IMG/VR virus record: IMGVR_UViG_3300042887_000976 | Location: 13,673 to 77,672 of that record | Origin: a virus | Length of the DNA: 64,000 nt | Direction: 5' to 3' (one strand) | In this document: positions 44,429-54,558 of the stretch, in pieces | Layout: each line of letters starts with the position of its first letter | How positions within the stretch are numbered: position 1 is the first letter of the stretch | Position numbers and translations under genes: made by a program | Notes under the pieces: generated by a model | Databases searched by the model: none | The model's input: the letters and a program-made list of their open reading frames with translations, nothing else | What the model was told of the DNA's origin: nothing

Positions 44429-44662
44429 TCAGAGAGTGTCGTAGATGTTTCCGTTGGTCTTGAGGTACTCATAGAGGTCTGCTGGAATATGGAAGGTTTT
44501 TCCATCTTCAAAGTTAAACTTTTGATTACCCCAATGCATCAGCCATGTGCCTTTAATACGAGCACGGCGAATGTTTGAATCAGTAGCGGGTTTAGAGACA
44601 ACTGTTTCAGTCTCATCTTCCTCAACTGGTTCTGCAAATATGTTGGTCTTTTTTGTGGTCAT
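44429..44662 (-). CDS. small capsid-associated hypothetical protein
   Basis: 77 aa directly after the MCP; AGGAG RBS. Confidence 0.6.
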   Translation of the reverse strand: MTTKKTNIFAEPVEEDETETVVSKPATDSNIRRARIKGTWLMHWGNQKFNFEDGKTFHIPADLYEYLKTNGNIYDTL

Positions 44663-44700
44663 TTTGACTCCTAGTTTATGTAACGTAATTGTTGTGCTGA

Positions 44701-44726
44701 AGGGAGGGTCTTAAGGGACCCTCCCT
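44701..44726 (-). terminator. GC-rich hairpin after the major capsid gene (terminator or mRNA stabiliser, no U-tract)
   Basis: AGGGAGGGTC-6nt-GACCCTCCCT, 10-bp perfect stem. Confidence 0.65.
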
Positions 44727-44756
44727 CCGACATCTTAGTAGATTGCAGGCTCCTTA

Positions 44757-45836
44757 TTAGGAGATTGCGCCACCCTTTGTGTTGATTACAACACGAGACT
44801 CTGCGGTGATGACACCGAAGCCCCAGATTGCATACCATGACAAACCGTGCTCACGACCGAAGTCAATGACACCACCGTCACGCAGTTCAACTGGCAATGC
44901 GATTGCCTGACCGAATGCGTTGTCACCAATCATGATTGCTGAGTACGAGTCAGCATCTGGGTTTTGGTAACCAGCGGTTGCTGGGTTGAGGTCAACGATG
45001 CTGGTTCCACCCTTGAGAACTTGGGTGGTCTCAATGAAGACTACGTCATACAGACGACCAATTTCACCGAGCATGAAGTTACCTGGAGCGGCATACTTTG
45101 TTACTTCAATGAATTCAGGCCAGTCACGAAGCGCACGGCTCTGTGAAGGGTGTACGAAACATACGTAGGTATCGCCAAGGCGAGGGATGTTCTGACCAGC
45201 AAGTACTTCAACTGCGTCTTTTACAGCAGCAGGTGAGAGCCAGCCTGGGTTAGATGCGTTACCAAGGGTACCTGCATCGTATGGCGAGATAGAACCACGA
45301 GCCGCAGCAGGTGAACGACCGAAGACTACCGAAGGAGCAACGGCTGCGCCGCCACCGAATGGTGTTCCTGGTGCGTACAACGTGTTACGAGCCTGGATGT
45401 CCATGGACTGAGCCATGTGACGACCAAGAAGTCGTGAAGATGATGCCATAACGTCATCAAATGATGCGTTGAGGAGGAGTTCAGTAACTGCAACAGCCTG
45501 ACCTTGTTCCTTAACGGTGATTTGAATTTGACTTGCAGAAAGAGCAACTGGCTCCATACGTACACCTTCAGTAAGTTCAGCACCAGTGGCTTCGCTAGTC
45601 GTAAGGTTGTTGTAACGCATAAAGTTGATTGTCAAACCAGGCATAACTCCGAGTTCCGTCTTCTTGACGGCAAACTGTTCAAAGCGTAGAACTGGCATTG
45701 CTTGGAACAAGATTTCCTTGGACCAAATTTGCTGAATTGCTGGAGAAAGTGTTGAATCACTTGAGTAGCCTGTGGTTGTAATTGAACCAAGACCTGCTCC
45801 TGTAATTGCGCCACCTTGTGGGGCTGGAAGGGCCAT
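44757..45836 (-). CDS. major capsid protein (N4-gp56 family)
   Basis: PG.TI.F.RY, LTEG, VHP.Q..LR, GEIGRLYDVVFIET, DFGRE. Confidence 0.9.
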   Translation of the reverse strand: MALPAPQGGAITGAGLGSITTTGYSSDSTLSPAIQQIWSKEILFQAMPVLRFEQFAVKKTELGVMPGLTINFMRYNNLTTSEATGAELTEGVRMEPVALSASQIQITVKEQGQAVAVTELLLNASFDDVMASSSRLLGRHMAQSMDIQARNTLYAPGTPFGGGAAVAPSVVFGRSPAAARGSISPYDAGTLGNASNPGWLSPAAVKDAVEVLAGQNIPRLGDTYVCFVHPSQSRALRDWPEFIEVTKYAAPGNFMLGEIGRLYDVVFIETTQVLKGGTSIVDLNPATAGYQNPDADSYSAIMIGDNAFGQAIALPVELRDGGVIDFGREHGLSWYAIWGFGVITAESRVVINTKGGAIS

Positions 45837-45871
45837 AAAATTATCCTCCGTGGATAGTTGTTGTTGTTAGG

Positions 45872-46675
45872 TTAAAACCTGCCCCGTGAGGGGCGGGCGT
45901 TGAGGAGCCTGTCTCGCATCTTCATGTACTGGTCCATCGGCATGTTGCGGATATCCTCCGCTGTCAATGTTTGGTATTCCGTCTGAGTTTCCATTGGCCC
46001 AACAGGGGGAGCCGTTACTGGCGCACCCCGCAGGCGACCTTGCTGTTGCGCAGTCGCTTGCTGGATTGATTCAATAATAGCATTACTTCTCTCAGTAAGC
46101 ACTGCAATTGAGTTTTCTATCTCTTCTTCGGTATTACCAAAGACGAGGTCTTGTAATTCAGGGATAATGCTGTCAGCAGCATCTTGAACACGGCTGTTGC
46201 GATAAGCCGTTAATTCTTGGATACGGCGCTCTTTTTCAAGGAGTGCTTCCTGTGCGGCACGCTGGGTTTCAATGGCATCAATACGTGCTTTGTAGTCTTT
46301 TTCTACATTTTCAAAACGCTGAGTCCACTCATCTTCCTTTTTAAGAAGCAGTTCTTTAGCACTAAGTTCGTTGTGCTCACGTTGCTTAAGAATTTCTTGT
46401 TCTTGCTTTGCACGCTCTTCTGCTTCTTGGCGGGCTGCTTCACGCTCTGCGGCGATGATAGCCATTTGCTCTTCCATGCTTTTTACACGGGTGTCAGCCT
46501 CTTCAAGACGCTTGTACATCTTGTCTTTTTCCTGTTTACGGATGTTTTCTACTTCATCCTCAGAAAAGAGTTTAGAGTTACTTTTCTTCATTGCGTCTTC
46601 AACGAATTGCTCTACTTGGGGAGCATCCGCAGGGACTGAAATAATGTCCCCTTCGGGACCTGGGTTTCTTGCCAT
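45872..46675 (-). CDS. capsid scaffold protein
   Basis: Acidic coiled coil between portal and MCP; RKQEKDKMY. Confidence 0.8.
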   Translation of the reverse strand: MARNPGPEGDIISVPADAPQVEQFVEDAMKKSNSKLFSEDEVENIRKQEKDKMYKRLEEADTRVKSMEEQMAIIAAEREAARQEAEERAKQEQEILKQREHNELSAKELLLKKEDEWTQRFENVEKDYKARIDAIETQRAAQEALLEKERRIQELTAYRNSRVQDAADSIIPELQDLVFGNTEEEIENSIAVLTERSNAIIESIQQATAQQQGRLRGAPVTAPPVGPMETQTEYQTLTAEDIRNMPMDQYMKMRDRLLNARPSRGRF

Positions 46676-46728
46676 GAGTATTACCTACTTTGTTAGTTTG
46701 GCTTATATGAACTTGTTTAGTGCTACGT

Positions 46729-48420
46729 TTAGTTATCTTCGTCAGGGTTACGGCGTTGTGCAAAACGAGCGCCATAAGCCCTGGATACTATTTTATTTAC
46801 AATTTCCTCTTCCATCGGCATTGCTGCACCAAGTCCAGGCATCGGGGAAGCGGGGCTTTCCGATGTGGATACATTACCACCTTCTGAAGGTGCAGGCTGG
46901 GCACCTCCGTCAGGCTGTGTAACCATTCCAGTAGCAAGCATGATGGCTTGCTGAATCTGCGCACGCATCATGTCCAAGGCACCTTGGTCAATAGCGTCAT
47001 CTTGCAGTTCTTCAAAAATTTCAGACAACTTCTCACGTGGGAATTCTTCACCAAGGATGCGCAAAGCGCCTTCTTTTGATTCAAGCCCAAGTTGCATCTT
47101 GGCTTGCACTTCATTCAACTTAATAAGAACATCAATAGGAAGTGGCTCAGGCCAGTGAATACTTGTTCGGTAAGTTAGAGGGTCAGCAGGGTCTAACTGT
47201 GGAAGTTGGTCACGCTCTGGTTCTGAAGCCTTACTTGGGTCGTAATTTAACAACCATGGTTCAAAAATTGCAGCAGTACGAATAATGATTTCGTTAACAC
47301 GCTCAAGACCCTTAGTAAAGTGAATCTTCTTCATGCTGTAGCGGTTCATCATTGGCTGGTATTGAATAGCCAAAGCCACGCCAGAAGTGTTTGAAATGGG
47401 TTGCATTTGCCCAAGAGCAGTTTCAGGGACACCTGTAATCTCATGCATTGTGCGCTTAATGAAATTGACGTACTCCAAGGCACCAGACATTTCACCACGA
47501 GATTCAAGGTTAAAGACGTTGGCATCTTTAGGAAGACCTGCCCACACCTTCTTAGGTCCACGCTCCAATTGAGAAGCCTTAGCGCCAGTAATAATTGTTA
47601 CAGGAGCAGCGTGATAGTTAATGATGTCTGAAACTTCAGTCATCTTCTCGTTTAGTTCACGGTTAAGTGGGATGATATCCCAGATGTCTGACTGACCCCA
47701 AGGAGAAGACGAGATAGTTGTATTAGGAATGTGTACAACAGGAATTTGACCCAAAGCATTAGGGTATTGGTCAATCAGTTCGTCATTAACAAACTGTTGA
47801 ACCATATCGTCAGACAAGATTTCAACAAAAGTGTAAACCTGACGAGTACCTTCAGGGGATGTTCCCCAAAAACGATACTTAAGTTTAAAACGAATTAGAC
47901 GGTCACGGTCATGCGGGTGGTACTCAGGGAAACAATGCGCTGGGTTAAGAGGGATAATACGAATACGTCCCTCGTGCTGCAAGCCCACAGAATCCACATA
48001 AGGCTCTTCGTAGGCAATCTTTACGAAGCAATCGCCTGTTACTGACGCTAGTTGTCCCATTTCCCAAAGAACATAATGCTTGTTGTTATCGCCATCCCAC
48101 ACTTTGTGAAGAAGTGGTGGGATTACAGCAGCATTCTGCTCAGGGACATGAAATTGAATACCTTTACCAAAACAAAAGTTAGTAATGTAGTCCGACATAG
48201 TGCGGACGTAGTTCATATAGAACTGTGATTCGCCCATCTCACGGCGGTAGGACCAGTGGTGACCAAGATACCAAGCCCATGCGGCTGAGTAGCGGTTTAG
48301 GCGTGGGCCATGGACTTCAAACTCTTCGTCTGCAAGTTCTACTAGCCCTAACGGGCTAATAGCAACTGTTAGGTCGCTTGATGCTGCTCTATATGAGGGT
48401 GACCAAAAGTCAACTGCCAT
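46729..48420 (-). CDS. portal protein
   Basis: 563 aa; VTGD.F.K, IPVVHIPN, GQSDI, SGVAL.I; SPP1-like portal pattern. Confidence 0.85.
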   Translation of the reverse strand: MAVDFWSPSYRAASSDLTVAISPLGLVELADEEFEVHGPRLNRYSAAWAWYLGHHWSYRREMGESQFYMNYVRTMSDYITNFCFGKGIQFHVPEQNAAVIPPLLHKVWDGDNNKHYVLWEMGQLASVTGDCFVKIAYEEPYVDSVGLQHEGRIRIIPLNPAHCFPEYHPHDRDRLIRFKLKYRFWGTSPEGTRQVYTFVEILSDDMVQQFVNDELIDQYPNALGQIPVVHIPNTTISSSPWGQSDIWDIIPLNRELNEKMTEVSDIINYHAAPVTIITGAKASQLERGPKKVWAGLPKDANVFNLESRGEMSGALEYVNFIKRTMHEITGVPETALGQMQPISNTSGVALAIQYQPMMNRYSMKKIHFTKGLERVNEIIIRTAAIFEPWLLNYDPSKASEPERDQLPQLDPADPLTYRTSIHWPEPLPIDVLIKLNEVQAKMQLGLESKEGALRILGEEFPREKLSEIFEELQDDAIDQGALDMMRAQIQQAIMLATGMVTQPDGGAQPAPSEGGNVSTSESPASPMPGLGAAMPMEEEIVNKIVSRAYGARFAQRRNPDEDN

Positions 48421-48441
48421 GGATTAGACCTTACTACAGTT

Positions 48442-48750
48442 TTACTGGGCAGTTTTCTTAGGGGCTGCCTTTTTGGCTGGAGCCTTCTTAGCGGCTTCCT
48501 TTTTTTCTTCAACTGCTACAGTTACTTCTTCTACAAGTTCAGGAAGTTCCTGTGATGCCTTAGTGAGGAAGTTTGCTGTTCCCTTGTCACCTACAAGTGT
48601 GCTTGCGTATGCAAGACCTGTAATGACAAGAGGCATGATTGCGGCTTGTGCGCCAGCATCAATGTTTGCCTTAGCAAGAAAATAAGAAAGTGCGCCAACA
48701 ACTGCACCCTTTAGAGTTTGGTCTGCGACCTGTTGATTCTTCGTAGCCAT
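48442..48750 (-). CDS. small membrane protein with PAKK tail (holin candidate)
   Basis: Start moved to MATKNQQ after AAGGAG; two hydrophobic segments. Confidence 0.55.
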   Translation of the reverse strand: MATKNQQVADQTLKGAVVGALSYFLAKANIDAGAQAAIMPLVITGLAYASTLVGDKGTANFLTKASQELPELVEEVTVAVEEKKEAAKKAPAKKAAPKKTAQ

Positions 48751-48799
48751 GAGTGCTCCTTGTGATAGGGTATCCTTTAATAATACTGTATCTAGAGAC

Positions 48800-49405
48800 T
48801 TACTGCTCTTGAATCTGTGCATAGAATGGAGCACCCGTATGAGGGTCATAATGAGCCGCAACGGTAAGGGCCTTGAGGGCAAGACTTTTCGCTTGGGGAG
48901 CGGTCAACTTCTTCTTGGGAAAAAGAGCCTTAAGAGCACCCAATGCGTATGGGCCCCCCGTCCCCAAAGCGTAGAGACCATTGTTGTCGGAAGCCCACGA
49001 ATAGTCGCTATCAATAACATAGATAACACCGTTAATAGCCACGAGGATTGATGACCCTTGCTCTGCAACATGGTCTGATTGGTCATTATTAGGGGACGAA
49101 TAACCCTGTGAATCAAAGCATTCTCGTAAATCAGGAATAAACTTTGAAGTAAAAAACTTGTCTAAACGTATTCCAAGAAGAGTTGCTGGTGGTGCTGGAG
49201 GGTTAAAGACATGGTGCAAAAGGTTAATTGCACGCATATCTCCAGCCGCTCCAATGATATATTTGCCGTTTTTGGCAACCTTGCCAGAACCAGGGCGCAC
49301 TGTAGATATCCGTGATACAAACCCATTTGAGTCTGTATCCGAAATGCGTGAATCGTTAGCAATTATGGCGTAACCATCACCCTGTATTCCAACAATAGTT
49401 GTCAT
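48800..49405 (-). CDS. Ntn-hydrolase (HslV / proteasome beta-like) protein
   Basis: MTTIVG, ANDS, K, GAAGD, GTGG.YALG, D..T. Confidence 0.8.
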   Translation of the reverse strand: MTTIVGIQGDGYAIIANDSRISDTDSNGFVSRISTVRPGSGKVAKNGKYIIGAAGDMRAINLLHHVFNPPAPPATLLGIRLDKFFTSKFIPDLRECFDSQGYSSPNNDQSDHVAEQGSSILVAINGVIYVIDSDYSWASDNNGLYALGTGGPYALGALKALFPKKKLTAPQAKSLALKALTVAAHYDPHTGAPFYAQIQEQ

Positions 49406-50382
49406 TCTCCGAACACTTTTCCTTTGTAAAACATTGTTCCATCGTGGATTGGAAGCATTTCAGGATGAAACGGACCATCACCTTCTTTGTAGTGTATTAC
49501 CCCTAAGCCTTGTTGCCAGTCTTCCACAATGGTTAGTGGGCGACCATCAAGGTCAATACCACCCTTAGTTGAAGGTACTTCACCTGATACACGAGCAAGG
49601 CAACCAAATGAAATAGCAGCAACTGTTTTTGCACCATCCCAATCTTGGCGTGTGCGTTCTGCCCATTCACGGCGATGGATATGTCCATACACAACAGAAA
49701 CTTTCTCTGTGCTTAGGTACTTGTGGGCAGTAGAACCACCTGAAGCAACTTTGTGACCATGAATAATTTTAATTCGGTTGTTTAACCAAAGTTGACTTGC
49801 AGGGTATCCAGCAAGGTACTCAACACCAAAGTCGTCCAAACGGCACAGGAAGGGCACAGAGAGCACAGGAAAACTATCTGGCTTGTTACCCTGCTTTAAA
49901 CCAAAAGATGCTTTTGCGTTATCTAAAATTGAGTTTGTAAGGCGTGCCTCGTGGTTACCTTCAATCCAAACAATACGAGCATACGGTGCAGCATCTCGTA
50001 GTTGTGCACAAAGGGTAGTCATGTAGTCAATGGTTGCTTGTGTAGTCAATGCATACGCAGGGCTTAGACGGTACTTACCAAATTCTGGAAAGTCAGTGTT
50101 ATCCCCATTTAATGCAATGATGTCAGGCTTTTCTGCTTTAACAACTGCTACTGCATAAGAAATAGCAAGGGGGTCATGCGTAGGGGTTAGATTTCCATCT
50201 CGTCCTCTAAAAAAACCTGCCTGAATATCAGGAAGTACAACGCATTTCTTCCAATCAGAAAGAGATGGCTTTACAGTAACTTTTGGAAGTTTAATTGCAG
50301 GACCTTGGCGTACTGGGTCCCATGATGGGCCAAACTGAGGTTTAAACTGTTCAGTTAGTTGGCCCACATCCACAACTTCCAT
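49402..50382 (-). CDS. calcineurin-like metallophosphoesterase
   Basis: PDIQ, NGD..D, GNHE, HG, GHIHR, WQQG; start may be GTG 50367. Confidence 0.85.
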   Translation of the reverse strand: MEVVDVGQLTEQFKPQFGPSWDPVRQGPAIKLPKVTVKPSLSDWKKCVVLPDIQAGFFRGRDGNLTPTHDPLAISYAVAVVKAEKPDIIALNGDNTDFPEFGKYRLSPAYALTTQATIDYMTTLCAQLRDAAPYARIVWIEGNHEARLTNSILDNAKASFGLKQGNKPDSFPVLSVPFLCRLDDFGVEYLAGYPASQLWLNNRIKIIHGHKVASGGSTAHKYLSTEKVSVVYGHIHRREWAERTRQDWDGAKTVAAISFGCLARVSGEVPSTKGGIDLDGRPLTIVEDWQQGLGVIHYKEGDGPFHPEMLPIHDGTMFYKGKVFGE

Positions 50383-50641
50383 TAATGTGTCGTTGGATAC
50401 TGCTTGTGGATATTGATTGTCCTAAGTTTTTAAGAACACGATGTAACCATGAAACACTATATGTTTTTGATTTACCGTTACCAATATCTGAGCGGATTGC
50501 GTCTACAACTCTGTCAAGAGTTTCTTGGTCTTGCACATCCAAATTTGGGCGGATACGCATCAACTTACAGTCGGTGTTGTCCCTTCCCGCTTTTGGATTA
50601 GCAAAAGCCTCTGTGAGGCTCATGGGCTTTTTGTTATCCAT
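50351..50641 (-). CDS. hypothetical protein
   Basis: C...IQRH..G.C.C pattern often seen before phage phosphoesterases. Confidence 0.6.
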   Translation of the reverse strand: MDNKKPMSLTEAFANPKAGRDNTDCKLMRIRPNLDVQDQETLDRVVDAIRSDIGNGKSKTYSVSWLHRVLKNLGQSISTSSIQRHINGSCGCGPTN

Positions 50642-50705
50642 ATTTCCTAACCTTATTCCGAATCATGAACTAGCACATGATTGTGGTCAGGATTATGTTA
50701 GCAGA

Positions 50706-50915
50706 TTAATTCTTTTGATGTGTATCAATGTGGTTGTTAAGTCTGTCCCCAACCTTTTCCACAGTGTCTTGAACTTTGTTTAGTTTTAGCATGACTGCAC
50801 CGTGGTCAGCAGAGTTCTTGTGTTTCATGTCTTTAAACTCTTTTATAGCAACAACAGCAACGCTTCCGAAGAGTCCAATAATGGCGACAACAATGGAAGC
50901 GATTGCAGGGTCCAT
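50706..50915 (-). CDS. small membrane-anchored coiled-coil protein
   Basis: N-terminal TM; DH..V; RL..HI..H. Confidence 0.65.
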   Translation of the reverse strand: MDPAIASIVVAIIGLFGSVAVVAIKEFKDMKHKNSADHGAVMLKLNKVQDTVEKVGDRLNNHIDTHQKN

Positions 50916-50918
50916 GAG

Positions 50919-51965
50919 TTATCCTCGGAAAGCGGCGCTACGAGAAGGGCGTGTACTAATGCTTACGGGTGTCTCTACAGGACGAATAAAGCCACGATTA
51001 TCAAAGATTCCACGCTTACCATCTTGAACAATTTCCTTGGCACGAAGGGCAACAACACCACCTTCTTGTGGGTCACGCACACGCATGTCATGGGCATCTC
51101 CAACTGATACTCCCTTAACTTTGACAACGGGTAGGTCAATAGATGCACCAGACTTATCACGAAGTGTTACTACGTTAGGAACAGGGTCACCTTTTTTCAT
51201 GTCAAAAGGAACAGCCACATTTCTATGACCACGTTCTGTTTGTGTTTCTACAATTTGTTTAATACGATTAGTAGTTGTATTTTCTGTAATGCTATGAATC
51301 CATTCGTAGTTGTCATAATCATTAGAATCTTCATGGTCTACAACATCACCAGTGTTGAACTTAGTGTACTCACTAAAAAGAGTTCCAGGGCGTGAACCTA
51401 GAATAATTGGGGCAGAAGGCAGACGATGCCAACCAATATCAGAAGTACCATTAAGGCGTATAATAGGGGCTCGCCCTTCACGTGCTGCTACACGCTCACG
51501 TTGTCCAATCTGGTTATGAAGAAGTCCAAGGTATTTAGCAGGCTCATGCCAAGCCATAGCAGTACGTGCTTCTTTAGCAATTTCACCAGAAGCAAGACCT
51601 AGTTGACCAGACTTACCTAAACAAGCGGCTGTACAACCTTTTGTGTTTGAACCACAAGTGTTGCAACCTGGAATTTGTGAAGCGTTAGCAGGCTGCATGT
51701 ATTGAATCCACTGATGGGAACCTAGAACAGAAGCAATACCAGAAGTGTCGTTGTGGTCAAGTTTTGTACTACCACCTAGTAAGTAAGGTTTTAAACCACC
51801 CCGCATAAGTCTTCCAGCCTTGGAAGTTCCTCTAGTATCTCGTGAGATAGCACCAAAAGTTTCTTGGGCTGCTTTAAGCCCTGGCCCTGAAGCATATTTA
51901 AGAACTTCATCTTCTGAGACTTCAGCAAGTCTTTTTTCTAAACTGGATATATGGTCAGCAGCCAT
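50919..51965 (-). CDS. GP88-like protein (radical-SAM-related Cys motif)
   Basis: C......C...CL..SG, IRLNGTSDI, EYTK, GD.HD.R..D, VV.L.AK. Confidence 0.7.
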   Translation of the reverse strand: MAADHISSLEKRLAEVSEDEVLKYASGPGLKAAQETFGAISRDTRGTSKAGRLMRGGLKPYLLGGSTKLDHNDTSGIASVLGSHQWIQYMQPANASQIPGCNTCGSNTKGCTAACLGKSGQLGLASGEIAKEARTAMAWHEPAKYLGLLHNQIGQRERVAAREGRAPIIRLNGTSDIGWHRLPSAPIILGSRPGTLFSEYTKFNTGDVVDHEDSNDYDNYEWIHSITENTTTNRIKQIVETQTERGHRNVAVPFDMKKGDPVPNVVTLRDKSGASIDLPVVKVKGVSVGDAHDMRVRDPQEGGVVALRAKEIVQDGKRGIFDNRGFIRPVETPVSISTRPSRSAAFRG

Positions 51966-52438
51966 CAGTCGGGTACTCCATCAATGTTATCTTTGTTAGC
52001 CGCACGATAAGCGGATAAACCTTTTTTCTCCCAACGACTTGGTCCACCTGATTTGTAGGTCAGGCGTGAAGGGTCGTTGAGTTTTGTAGACTTAAACCGC
52101 TGAGGCTTAAAAGCATCCAACGGGTCTGTAAAGATTTCACCGTTTCCTGTTAGGCGGCGCTGACGGTCAATACCGCCCTTTGGACTACGGCGTGGTGGTA
52201 CATACGGGTTATGAATGGCTGTAGCCGCTTCAAAGTATTTGTAATGTGTTGCAGCCTCTGCAAAGGCCATACGCCGAGCAGCAGCCGCAGGCTTAAAGTT
52301 GTACGTAGTTTTAAAACCAGCGTACACTGCCGCAATAGGTATACCACCCTCAGCACTCTGGATACGCAGTGACGATTGGTACGGCGTAGGTTCAGAGTCT
52401 TCGGCGGCACCAGGAGTTGGTGCTTCGCCGTATTCCAT
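51965..52438 (-). CDS. basic hypothetical protein
   Basis: 157 aa coupled ORF. Confidence 0.6.
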   Translation of the reverse strand: MEYGEAPTPGAAEDSEPTPYQSSLRIQSAEGGIPIAAVYAGFKTTYNFKPAAAARRMAFAEAATHYKYFEAATAIHNPYVPPRRSPKGGIDRQRRLTGNGEIFTDPLDAFKPQRFKSTKLNDPSRLTYKSGGPSRWEKKGLSAYRAANKDNIDGVPD

Positions 52439-52441
52439 TAC

Positions 52442-52843
52442 TTAGTCGTAAACTACAGTTGGGTTTGGACGGTTCATGTGTCCACCCGTGTTGTACTCAT
52501 ACTCAAAGGATGGCATGCCATCTCCTGCTACAGCGCCCTGTACGAACTCTGAGAGGACCGCAGGGGCTTCAATCCATGAAGCAGCACCTACGTGAGCACG
52601 CTCTTGCATTGTCTGCTCTGGGTGCTTGTAGAACATCTCTGGGTTGTTATGGTTCATACGCATGGGCGATGGAGCGGTGTCCATATATGCGCCTTGTGCA
52701 AAATCGTTAGGAACATCGGTGTCAGTTGCGACACCCTCTTCAAAGCGAAGAGGACCTTTGTTCATTGGGATTGATGGCGCAAAGCCACGCTCAAACATGG
52801 TGGGCGACTTCTCAGGGAACATCGGGGCGGGTGCTACGTTCAC
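52442..52843 (-). CDS. hypothetical protein (possible virion protein)
   Basis: GPLRFEEGVATDTDVP..ERAHVG; GTG start after GGAGG. Confidence 0.65.
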   Translation of the reverse strand: MNVAPAPMFPEKSPTMFERGFAPSIPMNKGPLRFEEGVATDTDVPNDFAQGAYMDTAPSPMRMNHNNPEMFYKHPEQTMQERAHVGAASWIEAPAVLSEFVQGAVAGDGMPSFEYEYNTGGHMNRPNPTVVYD

Positions 52844-52893
52844 AAAATCCTCCAAAAGGGACTGGGGTTACTTGTATATAAGGGTATCATATT

Positions 52894-54447
52894 TCAACGG
52901 AAAAAAGGATTATCAGCCACCAAAATGGTCGGCATCGTATCTTGCGTAGTCATTTGGCAAGCAATCGCCAAACTGTCGGGGTAGTCATCAAATGCACCCT
53001 TTTCGTCAGGAGCCGCCGCAAGTAAATAAGGTCCACGATAAATCTTTTCAAGGTCAGACATTTGCTGGTTAAAACGTTTCCAGGTTCGGATTCTACGGGC
53101 TTTAGAATGACCAGGAATTACAAGTTGGTCACGCTGAATAAGTTCTGTTAGGTGCACCCAACGTTCATTCTGATTCTTGGCATCTGAGGTAACCGCAAGA
53201 ACTTCAATGTCAGGCAGAAGCAGTTGTAGACGTTCTGCGACAGCACCACCGACACCCTGAGAGTCCACACCAATTCTCATACAATCGTAGTTGCGCAAGA
53301 AATCAATAATCTGGAAATACTGAGATTCCCATTCCTCGTTGTTAATCTCAAGCCAATTGAGAACACGATGCTCGTAAAAGCCAAATGGGTCTGGATGGTC
53401 CCAATCAACCCAAACAACGGTAACTACCGTGGAGTCATTTGAACGGGCTACGTCAATACCAGCCACAACAGGAGTACGCCACCATTGCTTTACAACGTTC
53501 ATGGAGGCATCGTACATACGGTCTAGGCGCTCCTCAGTAACAAACATACCCTTTTCAAGAATCCAACGATTCATGTAGGACATCTGGAATTCGTCTGAGT
53601 CTTCTCCAATACGGAGTTTTTCTTTAGAAATGAAGTTTAGGTAGTTCTTGTTGTATTTAGCCGCTACCTTCCAGTCATACTCAAAGTGTTGCTGGCGCTT
53701 TGATTTACCGCCTACAGACCTACGCTTGTTATATTGAATCATTTTATAAAAGTAAGACTTGTAACGGGTAGCGGTACCAGTAAGGCAGATAGAACCGTTG
53801 TTGAACGCCAACATGGGTTTGATTGACTTAGCAATCATGGTCTCATCGGCTTCCTGAGCCTCGTCAATAAGGACAAAGTGGTAGGTCTTAGATTCAATTT
53901 TTGCCTTGGGGTTACAGGTTTGCATACGGCAGATAGAGCCAGCATTCTTTAGGCTGATTAGTTTACCCTTACCACGAGAGCCACCAGAGGCTGCTTTGTC
54001 GTCAATCTCAGGGTCAAGTAAAAACTGAAGTGCATGTTCACTTGTCAGTTTTGAAACGATACGACCAAAGACGGTATCGGCTTGGTCTTCAGTTGGCGCA
54101 AATACCCCAACCCAAAAGCCCTTGTCAAACTTAGAAAGCCATGTTGGGTAGACCTTAGCCAACTTAGGAAGGATAACCATGAGGGACGCACAGACATTAG
54201 AAAGTACTTCTGACTTACCTGACTGGCGGGTTGCGATGACTGTGATTTCTTCACCGTCACCAATAACAATAGATTCAATTAAACGGTAAGCAATGGGAAT
54301 CTGATAAGGAAATAACTCAACGTCACAGAATTCTTCTGTAAAGATAATTAACCTTTTAACTAGGTTGTCAAGAAACTCGGCGGAGGTTTCATCAAGGTCG
54401 TCCGCTTGCTCGTATTCTTCAATTTCTGATTCATCAAGTACTGTCAC
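52894..54447 (-). CDS. terL: terminase large subunit
   Basis: FPYQ, TRQSGKS Walker A, IDEAQ Walker B, TGT, GIDVAR..D, GVD..GVG, DD.PDS. Confidence 0.92.
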   Translation of the reverse strand: MTVLDESEIEEYEQADDLDETSAEFLDNLVKRLIIFTEEFCDVELFPYQIPIAYRLIESIVIGDGEEITVIATRQSGKSEVLSNVCASLMVILPKLAKVYPTWLSKFDKGFWVGVFAPTEDQADTVFGRIVSKLTSEHALQFLLDPEIDDKAASGGSRGKGKLISLKNAGSICRMQTCNPKAKIESKTYHFVLIDEAQEADETMIAKSIKPMLAFNNGSICLTGTATRYKSYFYKMIQYNKRRSVGGKSKRQQHFEYDWKVAAKYNKNYLNFISKEKLRIGEDSDEFQMSYMNRWILEKGMFVTEERLDRMYDASMNVVKQWWRTPVVAGIDVARSNDSTVVTVVWVDWDHPDPFGFYEHRVLNWLEINNEEWESQYFQIIDFLRNYDCMRIGVDSQGVGGAVAERLQLLLPDIEVLAVTSDAKNQNERWVHLTELIQRDQLVIPGHSKARRIRTWKRFNQQMSDLEKIYRGPYLLAAAPDEKGAFDDYPDSLAIACQMTTQDTMPTILVADNPFFR

Positions 54448-54462
54448 GTATTACAGCATACA
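54448..54462 (-). promoter_or_regulatory. -10 element for leaderless terL transcript
   Basis: TATGCT, 7 nt, GTG start; no SD. Confidence 0.5.
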
Positions 54463-54552
54463 CGAAGGGCGAAGTCGGGGGCCCCACACAGGAGGGAGAG
54501 AAGTGGGACCCCCTAGAAGACTCGGTGGAAAGGGAACACCGAAATCTTCGTT
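54462..54552 (-). ncRNA. putative twin-hairpin small RNA with CU-rich loops
   Basis: Hairpin 54549-54516 (loop UUCCCUUUC) and hairpin 54513-54477 (loop UUCUCUCCCUCCUGU); G-U pairs favour the minus strand; promoter directly upstream. Confidence 0.55.
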
Positions 54553-54558
54553 CTTGTC

